Part shown: positions 1 to 7,182 of the stretch, piece after piece
Layout of the letters: each line of letters begins with the position of its first letter
How positions within the stretch are numbered: the first letter of the stretch is position 1
Source of the DNA: Candidatus Eiseniibacteriota bacterium
Lineage (GTDB): Bacteria > Eisenbacteria > RBG-16-71-46
DNA length: 25,348 nt
Assembly: GCA_031364845.1 (NCBI GenBank)
Contig: JANLWX010000200.1
Span: 1 to 25,348 of the forward strand
Direction: 5' to 3'
The notes under the pieces: generated by a model
The model's input: the letters and a program-made list of their open reading frames with translations, nothing else
What the model was told of the DNA's origin: nothing
Databases searched by the model: none
Made by a program: the position numbers and the translations under genes

Positions 1-140
1 CGCCCGGAACCGCCGTCGACCTACCGCCCAGCATCCCTACAACGGCCGATCCTACAAAACCCCGCGCCAGCTCAACTCGCGCTCAGAGGGGTGACAGAAT
101 CACTTTGGAGTTAGGGTGTCAGAATCACTCTGGACCAACA
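1..140 (+). mobile_element. Right end of a probable IS1202-family (formerly ISNCY) insertion sequence, partial
   Basis: Two 21-nt direct repeats 25 bp apart, GGGTGACAGAATCACTTTGGA (89-109) and GGGTGTCAGAATCACTCTGGA (114-134), followed by CCAACA ending in ACA (138-140; TGT on the other strand). Repeated subterminal motifs with TGT/ACA ends match my recollection of IS1202/IS481-like ends. An upstream frame ends in a transposase-like tail. Confidence 0.6.
2..94 (+). CDS. C-terminal fragment of a probable IS transposase (5'-truncated)
   Basis: Frame 2 reads ARNRRRPTAQHPYNGRSYKTPRQLNSRSEG*. RRPTAQHPY resembles the KPxxxHPW tail of IS1202/ISNCY transposases. The stop codon (92-94) lies in the first subterminal repeat. 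Only 30 aa are visible. Confidence 0.45.
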   Translation, partial: ARNRRRPTAQHPYNGRSYKTPRQLNSRSEG

Positions 141-160
141 GCGGCCCCGGTCCCGGGCGC

Positions 161-189
161 TTGGCTCGCTACTCTGCTAGGAATAGACT
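161..189 (+). promoter_or_regulatory. Putative sigma70 promoter for the OsmC-VOC/fumC/dehydratase operon
   Basis: TTGGCT (161-166), 17-nt spacer, TAGACT (184-189), upstream of a strong SD GAGGAGGT (211-218) and ATG at 223. Confidence 0.45.
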
Positions 190-222
190 CGCGCAATCCC
201 TGAAACGTTTGAGGAGGTCGGC

Positions 223-1107
223 ATGGCCAATTCCGCGATCCTCCGCCTCGAAACCGTCGAGGGCGGTGGCCTGCGATTCAACGCGCACCTGGGCAGCGGA
301 AAGACGTCGCTGCTCGACAGCGGACCTTTGATGATCGCGCCCAACCCCGTGGAAATGCTGCTTGCCACCCTCGGAGGCTGCGAGGGGATGGACGTCATCA
401 GCCTGCTGCGCAAGAAGCGCCAGCGCGTGACGTCGTACGAGATCGAACTGCGGGGAGAGCGCCGCGCCGAACATCCGCGGAAATACACGCGTATCGAGGT
501 CGTCCATCGCGTGCGGGGGCACGAACTCTCCGAGACCGCGATCGCCGAGGCGATCCACATGAGTGAAACCCGCTACTGCTCGGTGCGCGCCTCGCTCGAT
601 CCCGCGATCGTGATCACGAACCGGCTCGAAGTCGTGGAAGAAACCGAGCCGGATGCTCCGGCGACGAGTGCCGCGCCGTCGCCCGCCGCGGCGGCGCTCG
701 TGGCACCGCGCCGCGGAATGTCCGAGTTGATCCTGCGCGTTGCCGATGTCGCACGCTCGATCGCCTTCTATCGCGACATCGTCGGCATCACGCTCGAGCG
801 CCAGGACTCCCCGGAGTGGGCGTGGTTCTGGACCGGGGCGGCGGGCACGATGCCGCGGCTCGGTCTCACGAGCCGTCCACTCTCGTTCGGTGCGGCGCAC
901 TGCGGCGGGCCCGCACACTTCGCGTTCGCGGTGCCGCGCGATTCGATCCCCGCGGAGAAGGTCCGGCTGGAATCGCTCGGCATCGAAGTCGAGGGCCCCA
1001 TCACCTTCGAGTTCTGGAAAGCCGATTCGATCTACTTCAGCGATCCCGACGGACATCGCGCGGAGTTGTGCGGATTCGAGCACATGAATCCCGCGCCGGC
1101 GCGATGA
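223..1107 (+). CDS. OsmC/YhfA-family domain fused to a VOC (glyoxalase/bleomycin-resistance/dioxygenase) domain
   Basis: N-terminal PNPVEMLLATLGGC53xGMDV...RYC119SV is the two-Cys OsmC-like pattern. A Pro/Ala linker follows, then ELILRVADVARSIAFYRDIVG...HFAF...SIYFSDPDGHRAEL (VOC fold). Strong SD at 211-218. Confidence 0.85.
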   Translation: MANSAILRLETVEGGGLRFNAHLGSGKTSLLDSGPLMIAPNPVEMLLATLGGCEGMDVISLLRKKRQRVTSYEIELRGERRAEHPRKYTRIEVVHRVRGHELSETAIAEAIHMSETRYCSVRASLDPAIVITNRLEVVEETEPDAPATSAAPSPAAAALVAPRRGMSELILRVADVARSIAFYRDIVGITLERQDSPEWAWFWTGAAGTMPRLGLTSRPLSFGAAHCGGPAHFAFAVPRDSIPAEKVRLESLGIEVEGPITFEFWKADSIYFSDPDGHRAELCGFEHMNPAPAR

Positions 1108-1133
1108 ACGTTTCACATCCCAAGGAGACCGCA

Positions 1134-2534
1134 ATGCCCGAGTTCCGCACCGAGAAGGACAGCCTCGGCGAGATGAAGGTGCCCGCCGCGGCGATGTACG
1201 GACCCCAGACCCAGCGCGCGGTCGAGAACTTTCCGATCTCCGGCGAGCCGATGCCGCCTGAGTTCGTACACGCGATCGGCCGCGTGAAGCAGGTCGCCGC
1301 GCGCGTGAACCACGCGCTCGGCCTGGTCGATGCGAAGGTGGCGGCGGCGATCGAGGCGGCGGCGGCCGAAGTGGCCGACGGTAAGTGGGACGCCGAGTTC
1401 CCGATCGACGTCTATCAGACCGGCAGCGGCACCAGCACCAACATGAACGCGAACGAGGTGATCGCGCGGCGCGCGACCACGCAGTCCGGCCTCGCGGTCC
1501 ATCCGAACGACCACGTGAATTTCGGACAGAGCAGCAACGACGTGATCCCGGCGGTGCTGCACGTTTCCGCCGCGATCGCGATCGAACGCCAGCTGATTCC
1601 GGCACTCGAGCATCTGCACTCGGTGCTCGAGGCGAAGGCGCGCGAGTTCGAGCCGGTCTTGAAGACCGGCCGCACGCATCTGATGGACGCCACACCGATC
1701 CGCCTCGGCCAGGAGTTCTCGGGCTACGCGTCGCAGGTCGAACACTCGATCGCGCGCGTGCGCGCGGTGCTGCCGGATCTGTGCGAGCTGGCGATCGGCG
1801 GGACCGCGGTCGGGACCGGACTCAACACGCACCCCGAGTTCGGCGCGCGCGTCGCGGCGGAACTGGCGCGCGAGACCGGCCTGCCGTTCCGCGAGGCCGC
1901 GAATCACTTCGAAGCGCAGGGCGCTCAGGACGGCGCGCTGTGGGCGTCGGCGGCGATGAACAGCGTCGCCGCGAGCCTGATGAAGATCGCGAACGATGTG
2001 CGCCTGATGAACAGCGGACCGCGCTGCGGGCTCGCCGAGATCACGCTGCCTTCGATCCAGCCGGGCTCGAGCATCATGCCGGGCAAGGTGAATCCGGTGA
2101 TCTGCGAAGCGGTCATCATGGTCGGCGCGCAGGTCACGGGCTATCACGCCGCGTGCACGGTCGGCGCCCAGTGGGGGCAGCTCGATCTCAACACGATGCT
2201 GCCGATGATGGCGAAGAGTCTGTTGGAATCGATCCGCCTGCTCGCGAACGCCGCGCGGGTGTTCGCCGACAAGGCACTCGCGGGGACGATCGCGAATGTC
2301 GAGACGTGCGCCGGCTACATCGAGATCTCACCGAGTATGGCGACCGCGCTCAATCCATTGATCGGTTACGACAAGGCCGCGGAGATCGCGAAGCGCTCGT
2401 TCAAGGAGCGCCGCACCGTGCGCGAGCTGGCAGGCGAGATGACGCAGCTCACGCGTCAGGAGATCGATCATGCGCTCGATGCGGGACGCCAGACGGCACC
2501 CGGGCTCGAGTTCGGCACCAGCGGCGGCGGATGA
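1134..2534 (+). CDS. fumC: Class II fumarate hydratase
   Basis: FRTEKDSLGE, YGPQTQRAVENF, QTGSGTSTNMNANEV, KTGRTHLMDATP and the GSSIMPGKVNP signature. SD AAGGAG (1122-1127) supports ATG 1134; an in-frame ATG at 1104 overlapping the upstream stop is an alternative start. Confidence 0.95.
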   Translation: MPEFRTEKDSLGEMKVPAAAMYGPQTQRAVENFPISGEPMPPEFVHAIGRVKQVAARVNHALGLVDAKVAAAIEAAAAEVADGKWDAEFPIDVYQTGSGTSTNMNANEVIARRATTQSGLAVHPNDHVNFGQSSNDVIPAVLHVSAAIAIERQLIPALEHLHSVLEAKAREFEPVLKTGRTHLMDATPIRLGQEFSGYASQVEHSIARVRAVLPDLCELAIGGTAVGTGLNTHPEFGARVAAELARETGLPFREAANHFEAQGAQDGALWASAAMNSVAASLMKIANDVRLMNSGPRCGLAEITLPSIQPGSSIMPGKVNPVICEAVIMVGAQVTGYHAACTVGAQWGQLDLNTMLPMMAKSLLESIRLLANAARVFADKALAGTIANVETCAGYIEISPSMATALNPLIGYDKAAEIAKRSFKERRTVRELAGEMTQLTRQEIDHALDAGRQTAPGLEFGTSGGG

Positions 2535-2535
2535 G

Positions 2536-3537
2536 ATGACGGCGCCGGTGACATCGGCTGTCCACGATCTCTCGCACGAAGCGCTGGTCGCGCGCCTGCT
2601 CGAAGCGCGCGCGATGCTCGACGGCGTCGCCCACCGCACGCCGGTGATGATTTCGCGCACGATCGACGCGTGGACGGGAGCGCGCGTGTTCTTCAAGTGC
2701 GAGAACCTGCAGCGGATGGGCGCGTTCAAGTTTCGCGGTGCTTATCACGCGATCTCGCGGCTCGATGACGTCGCGCGCCGCCGCGGCGTGGTCGCGTTCT
2801 CATCCGGCAATCACGCGCAGGCGGTCGCCCTGGTCGGGCAGCTGCTGAACATTCCGGTCACGATCGTGATGCCGAGCACCGCACCCGAAGCCAAGCTCGC
2901 CGCGACCCGCGGTTATGGAGCGGAAGTCGTGCACTACGATCTTGCGGGTGAGGGGCGTGAAGCGATGACGGAACGCCTTGCGCGCGAGCGCGGTCTCACG
3001 CTGATTCCGCCGTTCGATCATCCCGACATCCTGACCGGCCAGGGCACCGCCGCGGCGGAGTTGTTCGAAGAGGTCGGGCCGCTCGACACACTGCTGGTTC
3101 CGGTCGGCGGCGGCGGTCTGCTGTCGGGTTCGGCGCTCGCGACCCGGCACTACGCGCCGACGTGCCGCGTGATCGGCGTCGAACCTAAAGCCGGCAACGA
3201 CGGTGTGCGCTCGTTCCGCGCGGGGGAGCTGCTGCGCGGCGCCGAGCAGCCCGAAACGATCGCCGACGGCGCGCGTACGCCGTCGATGGGGACGATCACG
3301 TTTCCCCTCACGCAGCGCTACGTCGCCGACATGCTCGCGGTGCCCGACACGGCGCTGATTGACGCGATGCGGCGCGTGTGGGAACGCATGAAGCTGGTGG
3401 TCGAGCCGACCGGCGTGCTGGGGCTCGCCGCACTCACGAGCGGTGCGGTGAAACTGCCGGGCCAGCGCGTCGGCGTGATCCTGTCGGGCGGCAACGTCGA
3501 TCTGGCGCAGGCCGCGCGCTGGTTCGGCAAGCAATGA
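2536..3537 (+). CDS. PLP-dependent Ser/Thr dehydratase-family enzyme (threo-3-hydroxyaspartate ammonia-lyase/serine racemase-like, no regulatory domain)
   Basis: FKCENLQRMGAFKFRGA (PLP lysine), FSSGNHAQ, PVGGGGLLSG, ILSGGNVD. The start at 2536 lies 1 nt after the fumC stop, consistent with coupling. Confidence 0.88.
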   Translation: MTAPVTSAVHDLSHEALVARLLEARAMLDGVAHRTPVMISRTIDAWTGARVFFKCENLQRMGAFKFRGAYHAISRLDDVARRRGVVAFSSGNHAQAVALVGQLLNIPVTIVMPSTAPEAKLAATRGYGAEVVHYDLAGEGREAMTERLARERGLTLIPPFDHPDILTGQGTAAAELFEEVGPLDTLLVPVGGGGLLSGSALATRHYAPTCRVIGVEPKAGNDGVRSFRAGELLRGAEQPETIADGARTPSMGTITFPLTQRYVADMLAVPDTALIDAMRRVWERMKLVVEPTGVLGLAALTSGAVKLPGQRVGVILSGGNVDLAQAARWFGKQ

Positions 3538-3541
3538 AGCG

Positions 3542-5266
3542 CTAGACGCGCACCGCCGCCAGTGCCTCGATGATCTCATCGAGCACCGCCTTCGGTTCCG
3601 CCCCCAGATGCACGTGCACCACGCGCCGCCCGCGGCGTTCGAGCACCTCGTAGTCTCCGGCCGCCTGCGCGCGGATCAACTGTCCGAACGAGTACGGCGC
3701 CTCGGGAATCGGCAGATCCGGACCTTCGTCCGCCGTGAACTGCAGGAAGATGCCGGTGTCGGACCCACCCTTGTGGAGTTGCCCGGTCGAATGCAGGAAG
3801 CGCGGTCCGTAGCCGAGCGTGGTCGCCACGCGCGCCCCGGCGCGGGCGGCGAGCCGCAACCGTTGCAGGCGCTCGTGCAGCGCGTTCGTGCGGTGCACGT
3901 ACGCGAGCACCGCGAAGTAGTCGCCGGGCCGCGCGAGCGTGAGCAGTGCGGCTGCCAGGGATGCGGGATCCGTGCGGCCGTTCAGTGTCCCTGCGAGTCG
4001 CGCGCGATCGCGCGCCGGAATCTCGGCGAACACCGATCGATCGCTGCCATGGGCCGCGGATGCGGCGCGCTCGCGTTCGAGCACTGCCTGCGTCGCCTGC
4101 TTGGCCTCGGTCACGTTGGGTTCGTCGAACGGATCGACTTCGAGGATCGCGCTCGCGGTCGCGGTCGCGATCTCCCAGCGCAGGAACTCCTCGCCGATCG
4201 AAGCGAGATCGCGCAGACGCCAGCGCAGCACCGGATGTCCCGCGGCTGCGAGCGTGTCGAGCGCGGCTTCCGTCGCGGCAGGCAGCGCCTCCACCGAGAA
4301 CGCGACGAACACACGATCGCGCCCGTAGGCTTCGGGTGCCGCGAGCGGTTCGTCGGCGACGGGCACGATGCCCTTGCCGCTCTTGCCAGTGCTCTCGGCG
4401 ACGAGCTGTTCGACCCACGAAGCGAACGCTTCGACCTCTGTGCCCAGCACCAGCGTCAGCTTGTCGCGTCCGCGCTTCGCGAGTTCTCCGAGTGCGGCAC
4501 CGAGCACGAAGCCCGACGGCAGCGCGCCGCCGGTCGAGGTGGTGCGCGAAGCCGTCGCCTCTTCGAGCGCGCGTTCGAGCACGGCGGTGACATCGATTCC
4601 GAGCAGCGCGGCGGGTACCATTCCAAAGTACGAAAGCGCCGAATAGCGCCCGCCGATGTCGGGCGGGTTCGTGAACGTGCGCCTGTAGCCGCGCTCCTTT
4701 GCGAGTCGCTCGAGCGCGGTCCCGGGATCGGTGATCGCGATGAAGTGACGGCCCGCATTCGCCGCGCCAACCGCGGCGGTCATGGCGTTCCAGAAGTGTC
4801 GCTCGAACGAGCTGACCTCGATCGTGCCGCCGGACTTGGACGAGACGATGAACAACGTCTTCTCGGGGTTGCTGACTTCGTCGACCGCGCGCACGGCCGC
4901 GGGCGAGGTGCTGTCGAGCACCGAGACATCGAGCGCCCCATGGGCGACGCCGAACGTGAGCCGCAGTACTTCGGGTGCCAGGCTCGAGCCGCCCATGCCG
5001 AGCAGCACCGCATGCGTGTAGCCGTCCTCCCGCACCTCGCGCGCAAACGTTTCCAGCGTTGCCACCTGTTCGCGCACGGCGGCGGGCGAGCCGAGCCATC
5101 CGAGCCGGTTGGCGGCGACCTTCACGTGCTCGGGATCGGTGCCCCACAGACTCGTGTCGCGCGCCCACAGGCGCTCGGGAAACTTCGTCTCATCGAGTTG
5201 CGCGATGCGTTCGCGCACCGCCGAAGTCGCGTCGCCCAGTGAGAATGTCTGCGGGATCGGGTCCAT
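3542..5266 (-). CDS. pgi: Glucose-6-phosphate isomerase (type found as the C-terminal part of Tal-Pgi fusions)
   Basis: LWARDTSLW, GMGGSSL, SSKSGGTIE, IGGRYSALS, EQLVAESTGK, DPFDEPNVTEAK, GYGPRFLHSTGQLHKGG. Has its own AAGGA SD upstream. Confidence 0.88.
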   Translation of the reverse strand: MDPIPQTFSLGDATSAVRERIAQLDETKFPERLWARDTSLWGTDPEHVKVAANRLGWLGSPAAVREQVATLETFAREVREDGYTHAVLLGMGGSSLAPEVLRLTFGVAHGALDVSVLDSTSPAAVRAVDEVSNPEKTLFIVSSKSGGTIEVSSFERHFWNAMTAAVGAANAGRHFIAITDPGTALERLAKERGYRRTFTNPPDIGGRYSALSYFGMVPAALLGIDVTAVLERALEEATASRTTSTGGALPSGFVLGAALGELAKRGRDKLTLVLGTEVEAFASWVEQLVAESTGKSGKGIVPVADEPLAAPEAYGRDRVFVAFSVEALPAATEAALDTLAAAGHPVLRWRLRDLASIGEEFLRWEIATATASAILEVDPFDEPNVTEAKQATQAVLERERAASAAHGSDRSVFAEIPARDRARLAGTLNGRTDPASLAAALLTLARPGDYFAVLAYVHRTNALHERLQRLRLAARAGARVATTLGYGPRFLHSTGQLHKGGSDTGIFLQFTADEGPDLPIPEAPYSFGQLIRAQAAGDYEVLERRGRRVVHVHLGAEPKAVLDEIIEALAAVRV

Positions 5267-5308
5267 GGAGTCCTTTAGGAGCGGCCGTTCCAGCCGCTTG
5301 ATGGAGGG

Positions 5309-6448
5309 CTAGCCTTTGGCTACGAGTTCGCGGTGACGCGTTTCCAGGGTCGCCAGCAGGCTGTCATACGACTTCGCGAACGCGACCACGCCTTCGCCTT
5401 CGAGCTCGGCGATCTTCGCGTCGATCGGAATGCCCAGTTCCGGCAGCCGCCCGAACAGCGCGTGTGCGGCCGGCACGTCCTTGCGGATCGTGACGGCGAC
5501 GGTGCCGTGTTCGTTGAACGCGGTCAGCGTCTGTGGGGGCATCGTGTTGACCGTGTCGGGTCCGATCAGCTCGTCGACATAGAGCGTGTCGGGATAGGAC
5601 GGATCCTTGGTGCTGGTCGACGCCCACAGCGGGCGCTGCACGTTCGCACCCTTTCCTTTGAGCAGCGTGAAGCGCGGTGTGGCGAACACCTGCTCGAACC
5701 GCTCGTAGGCGAGCCGCGCGTTCGCGATCGCCGCCTTGCCACGATACGACTCGAGTTCGGTCCGGCGCGCATCGCCCGCGGGAAGTGCGGCAACGGCCTC
5801 CTTGATCGCCGCGTCGATCTTGGAGTCCACGCGCGACACGAAGAACGACGCCACCGATCGGATGTCGTCGATCGGCTCCGAGGCGGCCGCGCGCAGTTCG
5901 AGCCCGGTCAGATACGCCTCCATCACCTGCTCGTAGCGCGCGATCGAGAAGATCAGCGTGACGTTCACGCTGATGCCGGCGGCGGTGAGTGCCGTGATCG
6001 CCGGCAAACCCGCCGCGGTCGCCGGAACCTTGATCATCACGTTGGGCCGGGCGACTTCGCGATGGAGCCGGCGTCCTTCGGCGACGGTCGCGCCGGTGTC
6101 CGCGGCGAGCCGCGGGCTGACTTCGATGCTCACGCGGCCGTCGAGGCCGCGCGTGTCCTTGAACACCTGCGTGAGCCGGTCGCACGCCATCTGAATGTCT
6201 TCGATCGTGAGCGCGTCGAACAGGTGCGCGGGACCGAGGCCGGCCGCGACGCCACGTTCCAGCGCGGTGTCGTAGTCGGGGCTCTTTGCGATCGCGAGTT
6301 CGAAGATCGTCGGGTTGGAGGTGACGCCGACCACGCCCTGATCGCGGACCATTTGCTCGAATTCGCCCGAGGTCAGATGCCCGCGGCGAATGAAGTCGAG
6401 CCACACGCTCTGGCCCACGGAACGCAACTGCTCTGCACGGCTCGCCAT
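5309..6448 (-). CDS. tal: Transaldolase (large type)
   Basis: GQSVWLDFI, GVTSNPTIF, NVMIKVPAT (Schiff-base Lys), NVTLIF, SVASFFVSRVD, QRPLWASTSTK. Start trimmed to ATG 6448 (MASRAEQL), 5 nt after the upstream gene's stop. Confidence 0.95.
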   Translation of the reverse strand: MASRAEQLRSVGQSVWLDFIRRGHLTSGEFEQMVRDQGVVGVTSNPTIFELAIAKSPDYDTALERGVAAGLGPAHLFDALTIEDIQMACDRLTQVFKDTRGLDGRVSIEVSPRLAADTGATVAEGRRLHREVARPNVMIKVPATAAGLPAITALTAAGISVNVTLIFSIARYEQVMEAYLTGLELRAAASEPIDDIRSVASFFVSRVDSKIDAAIKEAVAALPAGDARRTELESYRGKAAIANARLAYERFEQVFATPRFTLLKGKGANVQRPLWASTSTKDPSYPDTLYVDELIGPDTVNTMPPQTLTAFNEHGTVAVTIRKDVPAAHALFGRLPELGIPIDAKIAELEGEGVVAFAKSYDSLLATLETRHRELVAKG

Positions 6449-6453
6449 GACGG

Positions 6454-7095
6454 TCAACCTTTCTGAAGGTGCTGTGCGATGCACACCATGCGGCCTTCGG
6501 GGTCGCGGAGCAGCGCCACTCGATCGCCCCACGACATGTCGGTCGGTGGTTGGTCGAACACGACGCCCTGTGCGACGAGCGCCGCACATGCACGGTCCAC
6601 ATTCTCGACCACGAGATAGAGCGCGGGCTCGCGCGGTGGCCGCCACTGTTCGGGAGGGCCGGGCATCGGCGGCATGAATCCGATCGACACCTGTGGCGCG
6701 ATTGAAATGTTCAGATAGTCGGCCGTCGCGTCGTGATGGAATTTCGAGAAGCCGAGCAGTTCGGTGTAGAAGCGCCGCGTGCCGTCGAGGTCGTGCGACG
6801 TGAAATCGAGGTGCTGGGCGACGAGCCCGATGCCGTTCGGGATCGAAGGTGTTGCCGCATGCTTCACGGTCGCCCGGTTCGGCGTGGCGCGCTTCGCGGA
6901 CGTGCGCCGGAGTGCGACGCGCTTCACGGCGGTGCGTTTGGGCGCCGCGCGCTTCGGTGCGACACGCTTCACGATCGCGCGCTTCTTTACCGCGCGCTTT
7001 GCGACCACACGCTTCGGCGCGGCGCGCTTCACGATCCGCTTCTTCGCCCGCGTCGTGGGCCTGGCGCGGCGCGAACGAGACTTGGCGGCTGCCAT
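6454..7095 (-). CDS. VOC-family protein with an N-terminal Lys/Arg/Ala-rich histone-H1-like repeat region
   Basis: SD GGAGGAG precedes ATG 7095. About 85 aa of basic low-complexity sequence, then HLDFTSHDLDGTRRFYTELLGF...LYLVVENVD...DMSWGDRVALLRDPEGRMVCIAQ (glyoxalase/bleomycin-resistance fold). Confidence 0.85.
   Translation of the reverse strand: MAAAKSRSRRARPTTRAKKRIVKRAAPKRVVAKRAVKKRAIVKRVAPKRAAPKRTAVKRVALRRTSAKRATPNRATVKHAATPSIPNGIGLVAQHLDFTSHDLDGTRRFYTELLGFSKFHHDATADYLNISIAPQVSIGFMPPMPGPPEQWRPPREPALYLVVENVDRACAALVAQGVVFDQPPTDMSWGDRVALLRDPEGRMVCIAQHLQKG
6850..7029 (-). repeat. Twelve degenerate 15-bp (pentapeptide) coding tandem repeats
   Basis: Residues 23-82: KRAAP KRVVA KRAVK KRAIV KRVAP KRAAP KRTAV KRVAL RRTSA KRATP NRATV KHAAT; recurring gcgctt/cgctt on the + strand. 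Confidence 0.85.
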
Positions 7096-7182
7096 GATCT
7101 CCTCCAGAATCTTCGGGTCATTGCGGGCGGACTCCACCCGTGAAGATGCCCCTTCCGACGCGGCGATGCCAGCGGCAAACCG

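Noticed and set aside
89..134. Two 21-nt direct repeats as a CRISPR array or iterons
   Set aside because: Only two copies with a 4-nt gap and no cas or rep gene; better explained as an IS end.
161..178. sigma54 promoter (TTGGCTCG...TGC)
   Set aside because: The GG-to-GC spacing is 11 nt rather than the required 10.
141..200. XerCD dif-like target next to the IS end (some IS1202 members target such sites)
   Set aside because: No resemblance to the dif consensus; no TTATGTTAAA-like arm.
816..1133. N-terminal extension of fumC in the ORF track
   Set aside because: Overlaps the VOC domain in another frame; the fumarase pattern and SD point to 1134.
6449..6646. N-terminal extension of tal in the ORF track
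   Set aside because: Overlaps the VOC gene; transaldolase similarity begins at MASRAEQL (6448).
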